64,000 bases of DNA, taken from contig JBBQVQ010000002.1 of NCBI GenBank assembly GCA_038211425.1, positions 29,717 to 93,716 of the forward strand. The letters run 5' to 3'. Under the pieces are notes generated by a model. That model made no database searches and was not told where the DNA came from. It saw only the letters and a list, made by a program, of their open reading frames with translations. The position numbers were made by a program, and so were the translations under genes. Below are positions 55,689-64,000 of the stretch, piece by piece (position 1 is the first letter of the stretch; every line of letters begins with the position of its first letter). The stretch is from Candidatus Limnocylindria bacterium (lineage in GTDB: Bacteria; Chloroflexota; Limnocylindria; P2-11E).

Positions 55689-55718
55689 CGCAAGGGCATC
55701 GTGCGCAAGGGCATCGTG
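55689..55718. repeat. Perfect 15-bp tandem direct repeat (cgcaagggcatcgtg x2)
   Basis: Seen directly; lies just upstream of the predicted decarboxylase promoter. Confidence 0.85.
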
Positions 55719-55747
55719 GGAAGGACGCCGGGTGATTCGCTCGCTGG

Positions 55748-56353
55748 TCAGACCGTCCGCGCCTCCGCGGCGACGGTGAAGCGCCGGACCGCCTCGACGA
55801 CGGCGTCGTGCTCGACCTCGAGCACGCGCGCCGCGAGCGTCTCGGGGTCGTCTCCCGCGAGCACGGGCACGCGCCGCTGCACGATGACCTCGCCGAGGTC
55901 GACGGTGTTGGGGTGCACGCGGTGCACCGTCGCGCCGGATTCGCTGGCGCCGGACGCGAGCACCGCCGCATGCACGCGCATCCCGTACATCCCCGGTCCG
56001 CCGAAGAGCGGCAGCAGCGCGGCGTGGGTGTTGATGACGGGCACGTTGCGCAGGCGGATGAAGAAGTCATTGCCGAGGATGAAGTTGTAGCCGCCGAGGA
56101 CCACGAGCTCGGCGCCGGCGTCGACGAGCGCAGCGGCGATCGCGCGCTGCGCCGCGGCGCGGCTGCCGTAGGCGGCGATCTCGTACGCCGCGTGCGACAC
56201 GCCGGCCTTCGCCGCCCGGTCGAGCGCGGGCACGCCCGCGTGGCTCGACGCGACGTGGACGACGCCCGCGTCGAGCCGCTCGTCGGCGCAGGCATCGAGG
56301 ATGGCCTGGAGGTTCGTCCCGCGCCCGGACACGAGCACGCCGACGCGCAGCAT
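55748..56353 (-). CDS. purN: Phosphoribosylglycinamide formyltransferase
   Basis: VLVSGRGTNLQA, INTHAALLPLFGG.GMYG, SGATVH, DLGEVI, EVEH. Confidence 0.95.
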   Translation of the reverse strand: MLRVGVLVSGRGTNLQAILDACADERLDAGVVHVASSHAGVPALDRAAKAGVSHAAYEIAAYGSRAAAQRAIAAALVDAGAELVVLGGYNFILGNDFFIRLRNVPVINTHAALLPLFGGPGMYGMRVHAAVLASGASESGATVHRVHPNTVDLGEVIVQRRVPVLAGDDPETLAARVLEVEHDAVVEAVRRFTVAAEARTV

Positions 56354-56480
56354 CAGGCGGGCCGGAAGCGGCGCGCCGCGGGCACCGCCTCGACGGCGAC
56401 GCCCGCCGGAGCCGGCCGATGGACCGGACCCGTCGCGGTGCGCCCAGCGGCCCCGACCCCGCCGGCGCTGGTGGGCGGCG

Positions 56481-57515
56481 TCAGATGAACCGGACCCGGC
56501 GGCCGTCGCGCACCGGCTCGACCGCCCCGAGGATGACGGCCTCGGGCACCGCCGCGAGCGCGGCCGCGGCGGCTTCGGGTGGCACGACCGCCACCAGGCC
56601 GATCCCCATATTCCAGGTGTCGAAGGCATCCGCATCCCCGACGTCGCCGTGCCGCGCGAGCCAGGAGAAGATCGGCGGTACGCGCCAGGCGTCGCGGGCG
56701 ATCGCCGCGCCCTGGCCCGGGGCGAGCGCGCGCGGCAGGTTCCCCTCCCACCCGCCGCCGGTGATGTGCGCGACGGCCCGCACCGGGGCCGCGGCGCGGA
56801 GCGCGCGAAGCGCCGCAAGGTAGGACCGATGTCCGGAGAGGAGCGCCTCGTCAAGCGAGGACCCGAGCTCGGCCCGCGGCCGCGCGAGCGTCTCCCGAAT
56901 GTCGGTACCCTCGGCCGAACCGACCTGGCCCACCACCGCACGCGCCAGCGCGTAGCCGTTGGTGTGGAGGCCGGAGGACAGCAAGCCGATGCAGACGTCA
57001 CCGGTCGCCACGTTCGCGGGGTCGAGGATCCGGTCGCGCTCGACCGCCCCGACGAGGAACCCCGCGAGGTCGTAACTCCCGTCGGCGTACATGCCCGGCA
57101 TCTCCGCTGTCTCGCCGCCGAGCAGCGCGCAACCATGGTCCCGGCACGCGTCGGCCATGGAGCCCACCACGCGTGAGAACACCCCCGGGTCGAGGCGCCC
57201 GGTCGAGAAGTAGTCGAGGAAGAACAGCGGCTCCGCCCCCATCGCCGCGGCGTCGTTCACGCAGTGGTTCACCAGGTCGCGTCCGGGGACCTCGTGCCGG
57301 TCCATCATTCGCGCGAGCTCGAGCTTCGTGCCGACGCCGTCGGTCGTCGCGACGAGCACCGGATCGCGGTACCCGCGGAAGCGGAAGAGTCCCCCGAAGG
57401 CGCCGATGTCGCCGAGCACCTCCGGGCGCTTCGTCGCAGTGATGCGCTCGCGAACGCGCGCGAGCGCGTCGTCGGCGCGAGCCACGTCGACTCCGGCGTC
57501 GCGGTACGTGGTCAC
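56481..57515 (-). CDS. purM: Phosphoribosylformylglycinamidine cyclo-ligase (AIR synthetase)
   Basis: YRDAGVD, TDGVGTK, LLGGETAEMPG, SSGLHTNGY, AHITGGG, NMGIG. Confidence 0.97.
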   Translation of the reverse strand: MTTYRDAGVDVARADDALARVRERITATKRPEVLGDIGAFGGLFRFRGYRDPVLVATTDGVGTKLELARMMDRHEVPGRDLVNHCVNDAAAMGAEPLFFLDYFSTGRLDPGVFSRVVGSMADACRDHGCALLGGETAEMPGMYADGSYDLAGFLVGAVERDRILDPANVATGDVCIGLLSSGLHTNGYALARAVVGQVGSAEGTDIRETLARPRAELGSSLDEALLSGHRSYLAALRALRAAAPVRAVAHITGGGWEGNLPRALAPGQGAAIARDAWRVPPIFSWLARHGDVGDADAFDTWNMGIGLVAVVPPEAAAAALAAVPEAVILGAVEPVRDGRRVRFI

Positions 57516-57579
57516 GACGGCACCCGAACCGCGCAGCAGTCGGACTGAGCGGGGCTGACCGGGACACATCCATGGTTCG

Positions 57580-58971
57580 TCACGACGGCTCGAGCACCTC
57601 CTTCGCGAGCTCGAGCTGCACCGGGACCGGGTAGTCGCCGGTGAAGCACGCGCCGCAGAACTCGTCGCGGCTGCCCCCGGTCGCGCCGATCAGTCCCGCG
57701 AGCGAAAGGTAGCCGAGCGTGTCGGCTCCGACGTGGTCGCGGACCGCAGGGACGTCGAGCCGCGAGGCGATGAGATCGTCCCTGCGCGCCATGTCCACCC
57801 CGAAATAGCAGGAGTGCCGGATCGGCGGCGAGCACACGCGCATGTGCACCTCTTCTGCCCCTGCCCGCCGGAGAAGCTGCACGATCGGGCCGCTCGTCGA
57901 GCCGCGGACGATGGAATCGTCGACCACGACGACGCGCTTGCCGTCGAGCACGTCGCGCAGCGCGTTGTATTTGAGCGCCACGTTGTGCGCGCGGAGCTCC
58001 GGCGACGGCTGGATGAACGTGCGGCCGATGTAGCGGTTCTTGATGAGCCCCTCGCGGAAAGGGATGCCCGAGGCGCGCGCATAACCGACGGCCGCGGGGA
58101 TCGCGCTATCGGGCACGGGTATCACGACGTCCGCGCTGGCGGGATGCTCGAGCGCGAGCGCCTCGCCCATGCGCTCTCTCGTCGCGTACAGCGAGACCCC
58201 GGCGAGCGTGCTCGACGCCGACGCCAGGTACACGTGCTCGAAGAGGCACAGGCCCCGCTTTTCGGCGGCGAGGTCGAGGATGCTCTCAGCTCCGCGGTCG
58301 TCGATGCGCACGACCTCCCCCGGCGCGACGTCGCGAATGAAGGTCGCGCCCACGGTGTCAAGAGCGCACGTCTCGCTCGCGACGAGCCACGAGTCTCCCT
58401 TACGGCCGAGGCAGAGCGGCCGGACGCCGAGCGGGTCGCGCAGCGCGTAGAGCGCGCGCGGCGTGAGCAGCACCAGCGACCACGCTCCCGCGAGCCTCGG
58501 AAGCGTGCGTGCAAGGCGCTCGTCCCACGTCGCGCCCGCGGCGTTGGCGATGGCCTGCGCGATGACCTCCGTGTCCGATGAGGTGGCGAACTCCACGCCC
58601 TCGGCGCGCAGTGAATCGCGGAGCTCTCTCGCGTTGATGCAATTGCCGTTGTGCGCGATCGCAAGATCGCCGAGGCCTTCGCCTCTGACCACCATGGGCT
58701 GCGCGTTCTCGACCCGCGACGAGCCGGTCGTCGAGTAGCGCGTGTGTCCGATGGCGGCCTGCCCGCCGAGAGCGCCGAGGTCGGGTTCGGCGAAGACCTG
58801 ACCGACCAGTCCCATGCGACGCACCACGCGGATGTCGCGCCCGTCGGTGGCGGCGATGCCGGCCGATTCCTGGCCGCGGTGCTGGAGCGCGTAGAGCGAA
58901 AAGAACTGCATGCGCGCGGCGTCGGTCGGATCCGTCCCCGCCGGCGACCAGATGCCGCACACCCCGCACAC
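57580..58971 (-). CDS. purF: Amidophosphoribosyltransferase
   Basis: N-terminal MCG, LQHRGQESAG, GHTRYSTTG, VVDDSIVRGST, CGACFTGDYP. Confidence 0.98.
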   Translation of the reverse strand: MCGVCGIWSPAGTDPTDAARMQFFSLYALQHRGQESAGIAATDGRDIRVVRRMGLVGQVFAEPDLGALGGQAAIGHTRYSTTGSSRVENAQPMVVRGEGLGDLAIAHNGNCINARELRDSLRAEGVEFATSSDTEVIAQAIANAAGATWDERLARTLPRLAGAWSLVLLTPRALYALRDPLGVRPLCLGRKGDSWLVASETCALDTVGATFIRDVAPGEVVRIDDRGAESILDLAAEKRGLCLFEHVYLASASSTLAGVSLYATRERMGEALALEHPASADVVIPVPDSAIPAAVGYARASGIPFREGLIKNRYIGRTFIQPSPELRAHNVALKYNALRDVLDGKRVVVVDDSIVRGSTSGPIVQLLRRAGAEEVHMRVCSPPIRHSCYFGVDMARRDDLIASRLDVPAVRDHVGADTLGYLSLAGLIGATGGSRDEFCGACFTGDYPVPVQLELAKEVLEPS

Positions 58972-59131
58972 GGCTAGCGGGCCCGCAGGTTCACGCGCGG
59001 CTCATCGGACGCGCGCGCGAGACGTCCCTGCGGTGAAGACCGTCGCCACAAGGCGGTCGGCACCGCCTCCGCCCCATGCTGGCGGCCGCCATCCGGCCGA
59101 CGGGCACGGGCACGCGAGGCCACGGCTGGCA

Positions 59132-61345
59132 TCACGGGATGCGCCCCAGTGCGCGCTCCAGGCCGCCGGAGTGGGCCCTCTCGATCGCCCCCAGCGAGAG
59201 GGCCACGGGACCGAGCGTGAAGACATCGCCGCCGAAGGCGCCGAGCGTCCGGAGCGGGACGCCGTCCTCCGCGGCGAGCCGGCGCAGGGCGTCCTCATGA
59301 GCGGGCTCGGCCGCGAGCACGATGCCCGAAGGAGCCTCCGCGAAGAGCGCCGTCGGCGTGCTCGCCCCTCGGACCGCCGGGAGCGTCGCGACCGCACCGA
59401 TCCCGGCGCGGATGCACATCTCCGCCAGCGCGCCAACGAGGCCGCCTTCGGCGCGGTCGTGCGCGGCGCGGACGAGGCCCGCGGCGTGCGCCGCGAGCAC
59501 GAACCGGTGGAGGCGCACCTCGAGGGCGAGATCCATCTCGTCGAGCCAGGCGTCGACCGGGAGGCTTCCGGCCAGGAGCGCGCGGTCGCCGGAGCGCACC
59601 GCGGATGCCCCCAGGTGGCGAGCGACGTCGGCAAGGTGTCCAACCGCGCCGATGACCGCGGTCGGCCAGATGTCTCTGCCGCTGGTGGCGTTGTAGAGGC
59701 TGACGTTGCCAGAGACCACCGGGACGCCGAGCGCGCGGCACGCGGCGGCGATGCCGGCCACGGTCTCGCGCAGCTCCCACGCCCCGCGGGCTCCCTCGGG
59801 ATTGCCGAGGTTCAGGCAGTCCGTGATCGCGAGCGGCTCGGCGCCGACGCACACGAGGTTGCGGGTGGCCTCCGCGACGGCGGCCACGGCCGCCGCATAC
59901 GGATCCTGCGACGCGAGCCGCGGCTGCGCGTCGACCGTGACGGCGATCCCATCGGTGCGCCCCTTGATACGGAGCACCGCGGCGTCCGCGCCCGGTCCCA
60001 GAACGGTGTCGGTGCCGACCATCTGGTCGTAGGTGCGGTACAGCGCCCGCCGCGAGGCGACGTCCGGGGACGCAAGGAGGCGCAGCACCTCCTGGTCCAT
60101 GTCGGCATCGGCTTGCAGCTTCGCGTGGTACACCTCGCCGGCCACGCGCTGCGCGGACTCCGCGCGGTACGAATCCGCGAGCGCGTCGATGTCGTGCTCG
60201 GGCGCGTCGTCCGCGAGCGCCGCGGGCGGAAGAGAGGCGACGACCGTGTCGCGGTCGCGGATCTCGAGCGTCTCCTCCAGTGTGATCTCGCCGATCCGGG
60301 CGGCGTGGAGCTCCCAGCGAGCGAAGACGCGCTCGGTCTCGGCCTCGCGCCCCGGGCGCGCGACGACGAGCATCCGCTCCTGGGATTCGGACAGCATGAC
60401 CTCGAAGGGCTCCATGCCGCTCGCGCGGCGCGGCACCGCGGCGACGTCGACGCGGATGCCCGCGCGGCTCTTCGCCGCGACCTCGCTCGCGGCGCAGCAG
60501 AGCCCCGCCGCGCCGAGGTCCTGTATCGCCTCGACCGCACCCGCGCCGATGAGCTCGAGGCACGCCTCGAGCAGGAGCTTCTCGAGGAACGGGTTGCCGA
60601 CCTGGACCGACGGCCGCTTGGCGTCGCCTCCGGGGCCCAGCTCGAACGAGGCCAGGAGCGACGCACCCGCGATGCCGTCGCGCCCGGTGTCGCTGCCGAC
60701 CAGGTACACCGCGCTGCCCGGACGCGCGGTGGACGCGCTCGCGAGCTGGTCGGTGGGCACGAGGCCGACGCACATCGCGTTCACCAGCGGGTTCTCGCCG
60801 TAGCCGGGCCCGAACGACACGTGCCCACCGACGTCCGGGATGCCGACGCAGTTGCCGTAGAACGAGATGCCTCCGACCACGCCGCGGACCGCTCGACGGG
60901 TGGATTCCTGCGCCGGATCCCCGAACGCGAGCGCGTTGAGCAGCGCCACCGGCCGCGCCCCCATGGCGAAGATGTCACGCAGTATCCCTCCGACCCCGGT
61001 CGCCGCGCCCTGGAAGGGCTCGACCGCAGAGGGATGGTTATGGCTTTCGATCTTGAAGACGCACAGCAGACCGCCGCCGATGTCGACGGCGCCGGCGTTC
61101 TCGCCCGGACCGATCGCGACGCGCTGGCCGGTGGTGGGCAGCGTCCGCAGGAGCCGCTTGCTGTGCTTGTACGCGCAGTGCTCGCTCCACATCGCGCCGA
61201 ACATCGCCCACTCGAGGTCGTTCGGCTCGCGCCCGAGCAGATCGCGCACGCGTCCGGCCTCGGGGTCCGTGAGGCCCACTTCGCCTGGGAGGTCCCGGCT
61301 AGGCTGCGCCGCCTTCGTCCCCGTCACGACCGGGGACGGTCTCAT
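59132..61345 (-). CDS. purL: FGAM synthase subunit PurL (small type)
   Basis: MWSEHCAYK, KIESHNHPS, GAATGVGG, SESQERM, VVSGNVSLYN; ATG 61345 overlaps upstream TGA. Confidence 0.97.
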   Translation of the reverse strand: MRPSPVVTGTKAAQPSRDLPGEVGLTDPEAGRVRDLLGREPNDLEWAMFGAMWSEHCAYKHSKRLLRTLPTTGQRVAIGPGENAGAVDIGGGLLCVFKIESHNHPSAVEPFQGAATGVGGILRDIFAMGARPVALLNALAFGDPAQESTRRAVRGVVGGISFYGNCVGIPDVGGHVSFGPGYGENPLVNAMCVGLVPTDQLASASTARPGSAVYLVGSDTGRDGIAGASLLASFELGPGGDAKRPSVQVGNPFLEKLLLEACLELIGAGAVEAIQDLGAAGLCCAASEVAAKSRAGIRVDVAAVPRRASGMEPFEVMLSESQERMLVVARPGREAETERVFARWELHAARIGEITLEETLEIRDRDTVVASLPPAALADDAPEHDIDALADSYRAESAQRVAGEVYHAKLQADADMDQEVLRLLASPDVASRRALYRTYDQMVGTDTVLGPGADAAVLRIKGRTDGIAVTVDAQPRLASQDPYAAAVAAVAEATRNLVCVGAEPLAITDCLNLGNPEGARGAWELRETVAGIAAACRALGVPVVSGNVSLYNATSGRDIWPTAVIGAVGHLADVARHLGASAVRSGDRALLAGSLPVDAWLDEMDLALEVRLHRFVLAAHAAGLVRAAHDRAEGGLVGALAEMCIRAGIGAVATLPAVRGASTPTALFAEAPSGIVLAAEPAHEDALRRLAAEDGVPLRTLGAFGGDVFTLGPVALSLGAIERAHSGGLERALGRIP

Positions 61346-62193
61346 GAGTCGGCCGACGCTCCCAGGAACTTCTCGACCTGGTCGGCGAAGTTCGCGATGT
61401 CCACGACCCGCGACTGGATGTGTCCGTACACCTCGTCGATGTCGGTCTGCTCGCGGTCGTACGCCAGGAGGTTGCGCATGTTCGCGAAGTGCTCGAGGCG
61501 GTATCCCAGGCCCTTCTCGATGATCCCGCGCTGGGCGATCGAGTCCAGGATGTCGTGGTACGCCTCGGGCTTGGGCAGCGCGAGCGCCATCACGAGGTAG
61601 GCACCGGTCCCGAAGAGAAGCTCCACGGCCTGTTGGAGATACCACTGCGCGAGGCCGTACAGCTTCGGGTCCGAACGGAACTTGCCCCGGTCGATCGCGC
61701 GAAGGTCCGTGAGCAGCACGACATATTCGCGCAGCCGCGCGAGCCGGCGCCGGACGTAGTCGCCGTCGATCGCGAAACGCTCGGTCCGCATGCGCTCCGC
61801 GAGCGCGCGCGACTGCGCCTCGTCGTATTTCTGGAACTCGAGGTACTCGAGCACCGCGCGCGCCTCGAACTCCACGCGACGCTTGCGGTCCCGCTGGTAC
61901 AGGAGAGACCAGCTCTTGATGACCTGGGCGCGCTGGAGGAGGGACGACTGGTTCAGGATGACCACGTCGAGCCCCTCGGTGTCGAGCGCCTTGGAAAGCT
62001 CGCTGACGAAATAGACCTGGTAGTCGAAGAATTCGTTGACCTTGATCTTGTCGAGCAGAAGGAGCGCGACGTCAAGGTCGGCGTAGGCGCCGGCGATCCG
62101 GCGGCCGGACGCCGTGCCCTGGGCGTAGGCGGCATCCACCGGGTTGGCGTGGAAGAGGTTCTGAAGCTGCGCCTGGCGCTCGAAGAGGTCCAT
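61342..62193 (-). CDS. Fused MntA-like nucleotidyltransferase + DUF86/HepT-like HEPN domain, with degenerate HEPN active site
   Basis: N-half: GT-x11-DLD, LDVVILN, LLYQRD..RVEFE..YLEF; C-half: LQQAVE, P..YHDI, RNLLAY in place of RNxxxH. Confidence 0.85.
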   Translation of the reverse strand: MDLFERQAQLQNLFHANPVDAAYAQGTASGRRIAGAYADLDVALLLLDKIKVNEFFDYQVYFVSELSKALDTEGLDVVILNQSSLLQRAQVIKSWSLLYQRDRKRRVEFEARAVLEYLEFQKYDEAQSRALAERMRTERFAIDGDYVRRRLARLREYVVLLTDLRAIDRGKFRSDPKLYGLAQWYLQQAVELLFGTGAYLVMALALPKPEAYHDILDSIAQRGIIEKGLGYRLEHFANMRNLLAYDREQTDIDEVYGHIQSRVVDIANFADQVEKFLGASADS

Positions 62194-62199
62194 ACCCTT

Positions 62200-62910
62200 T
62201 TATATACCCACACGGAGCGAAACAGTGTCCGCCTGCACGCTCGCCAGGCAGGTCAGGACGCGAGCGCCGTCCGAGCCGCCGAGAAGCGGCTCCGAGCAGC
62301 GCTCCGGGTGCGGCATGAGCCCGACGACGTTCCCGGCCGCGTTCCGCACCCCGGCCACGTTGCCGAGCGAGCCGTTCGGGTTCGCCTCTGCGGTCGCGGC
62401 GCCGCGGTCATCGACGTAGCGAAAGACGATCTGGCCGTCGCGCTCCAGCGCGGACAGCGTCGCGTCGTCCGCGACCCAGCAGCCCTCGCCGTGGGCGATC
62501 GGCATGCGCAGGACGACGCCGGCGAGCCCCCGCGTGAATGCCGTCGCCTCGCTCTCGACGCGCAGGCCGACCCAGTCGCAGCGGAATTCGAGACCGGCGT
62601 TGCGGACGAGCGCTCCCGGCAGCAGACCGGCCTCGCACAGGATCTGGAAACCGTTGCAGGAGCCGAGGACGAGCCCGCCCGCGTCGGCGAAGCGCCGCAG
62701 CTCCCGCGTCGCGGGCGAGAGCCTGGCTATCGCCCCAGCGCGGAGGTAGTCGCCGTACGAGAACCCGCCGGGCACGATCGCCGCGTCGAAGCCGGCGAGG
62801 TCCGCGTCGGCGTGCCAGACGATCTCGCACGGGACTCCCAAGAGACCGAGGGAATGCGCGAAGTCGCGCTCGCTCCACGTGCCGGGATAGCGGAGGATGG
62901 CGGTCCTCAT
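62200..62910 (-). CDS. purQ: FGAM synthase glutaminase subunit PurQ
   Basis: PGGFSYGDYLRAG, GSCNGFQIL, PIAHGEG, NPNGS, GLMPHPER. Confidence 0.98.
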   Translation of the reverse strand: MRTAILRYPGTWSERDFAHSLGLLGVPCEIVWHADADLAGFDAAIVPGGFSYGDYLRAGAIARLSPATRELRRFADAGGLVLGSCNGFQILCEAGLLPGALVRNAGLEFRCDWVGLRVESEATAFTRGLAGVVLRMPIAHGEGCWVADDATLSALERDGQIVFRYVDDRGAATAEANPNGSLGNVAGVRNAAGNVVGLMPHPERCSEPLLGGSDGARVLTCLASVQADTVSLRVGI

Positions 62911-63170
62911 GCCCGCACGCCGTCATCCGCGAGCTGGAACTCGAACCGCTCGATGACGGGGTTCGCCAGGAGCTGATCCCCCATCCGCTGCGCGGTCCCG
63001 CGGGCAGCCGCCTCGTCGGGGGCTCTGAACCGCACGACGATCTCCTTGCCCGTGCGGACGGCGTCGACGGCGACGCCCAGCGCACGGAGCGCGCCCGCGA
63101 CGGCCTCTCCCTGCGGATCCCGGACCTCGTCCTTCGGGCGGACGTGGATCGTCGCGACGAATGCCTTCAT
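62907..63170 (-). CDS. purS: FGAM synthase subunit PurS
   Basis: DPQGEAV, VRTGK, LLANPVIE; ATG 63170 (GTG 63197, overlapping purC stop, is an alternative). Confidence 0.95.
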   Translation of the reverse strand: MKAFVATIHVRPKDEVRDPQGEAVAGALRALGVAVDAVRTGKEIVVRFRAPDEAAARGTAQRMGDQLLANPVIERFEFQLADDGVRA

Positions 63171-63193
63171 GCCGGTTGGCGGGCTGGTGCTCG

Positions 63194-64000
63194 TCACAGG
63201 TCGGTGCCGGTGATCAGGCGGTGACACTCGCGATAGCGCTCGCTCGTGCCGGCGACCACCTCCGCGGGAAGCGCTGGCCCGGGCGGCTCCCGGTCCCAGC
63301 CGCTCTGGACGAGGAAGTCGCGCACGAACTGCTTGTCGTATGAGGGCGGCGCGGCGCCAGGGCGGTACGCGCGCGAGTCCCAGTACCGGGACGAGTCGGG
63401 CGTGAGCGCTTCGTCGATCAATAGCAGCTCGTCGCCCGCGAACCCGAACTCGAACTTGGTGTCCGCGAGGATGAGCCCTCGTCCCAGCGCGAACGCGTGG
63501 GCGTGCCGGTAGAGCGCGAGCGTGACCTGCTCCAGCCGTTCGGCGAGCGGCCGCCCGACGAGCGCGGCGAGCTGCGCGCGCGAGATGTTCAGGTCGTGCC
63601 CGGTGACCGCCTTCGTCGCAGGCGTGAAGACCGGCTCGCGCAGCTGCGCCGATTCCTCGAGTCCACGCGGGAGAGGCTCTCCGGCGAGGGTGCCCTGCTG
63701 CCGGTATTCGGCCCACCCGGAGCCCGCGAGATAGCCGCGCGCGACGCACTCGATGTCCACGCGCTCGCACCGCCGCACGAGCACGGCTCTTCCCGCCAGC
63801 TCCGGCCGCGAGCCGAACGGCTCCGGGAAGCGCGCGAGGTCGGTCTCCACGAGGTGGTTCGGGACCACCGCCGCGGTCCTCGCGAACCAGAAGTTCGAGA
63901 GCTGCGTGAGGACGCGTCCCTTGTCAGGGATCGGCGTCGGGAGCACGACGTCGAACGCCGAGAGCCGGTCGCTCGCGACGATCACGAGCGCCTCGTCGCC
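63194..64000 (-). CDS. purC: SAICAR synthetase (5' end outside the window)
   Basis: SDRLSAFD, ECVARGYLAGS, FTPATKA, ADTKFEFG, DEALTPDSSRYW, DKQFVR. Confidence 0.97.
   Translation of the reverse strand, partial: GDEALVIVASDRLSAFDVVLPTPIPDKGRVLTQLSNFWFARTAAVVPNHLVETDLARFPEPFGSRPELAGRAVLVRRCERVDIECVARGYLAGSGWAEYRQQGTLAGEPLPRGLEESAQLREPVFTPATKAVTGHDLNISRAQLAALVGRPLAERLEQVTLALYRHAHAFALGRGLILADTKFEFGFAGDELLLIDEALTPDSSRYWDSRAYRPGAAPPSYDKQFVRDFLVQSGWDREPPGPALPAEVVAGTSERYRECHRLITGTDL

Noticed and set aside
58972-59132. 52-codon ORF bridging purL and purF, and the GC-rich purM-purN spacer, as leader peptides or riboswitches
   Set aside because: Low-complexity Arg/Ala sequence expected by chance; no purine or ZTP riboswitch consensus seen; purF already starts with a valid MCG.

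Overview
A very GC-rich bacterial chromosome segment, with almost all genes on the minus strand. Gene content (UPF0182, DUF4331, NBR1-type Ig repeats, Pro/Thr-rich linkers) suggests Chloroflexota or another Terrabacteria monoderm, but this is inference only. About 53 kb is a cell-envelope super-cluster. It contains an amino-sugar pathway (Gfo/Idh/MocA, hexapeptide acyltransferase, DegT aminotransferase) and three GT-C-like membrane glycosyltransferases. It also has a DUF4331-lipoprotein-TPR operon with a candidate ECF promoter, a Wzm/Wzt-methyltransferase-GT4 glycan export operon, an orphan Flp pilin missed by the ORF track, metF, and an acylation module (deacetylase, KAS III, ACP, LpxD-like). 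Two paralogous FAD oxidoreductases are present, one frameshifted. Further along lie an IPT/TIG surface protein, an ECF sigma with a double-ZAS double-propeller anti-sigma, and mreBC followed by SpoIID and an amidase that share a repeated Ig-like module. An IS630 sits exactly in the SpoIID stop codon. The window ends with purC-S-Q-[X]-L-F-M-N, where X is a fused MNT-HEPN protein lacking the HEPN catalytic His. Top leads: (1) the apparently domesticated MNT-HEPN fusion inside the FGAM synthase genes; (2) a candidate pathway for acylated amino-sugar glycoconjugates built from lipid-A-like parts; (3) a repeated aromatic Ig module as a possible cell-wall anchoring system. Many genes have a -10 hexamer 6-8 nt before the start codon, a leaderless signature. 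I recognised no rRNA, tRNA, CRISPR array or riboswitch. All calls come from motif recognition by eye; no searches were run.
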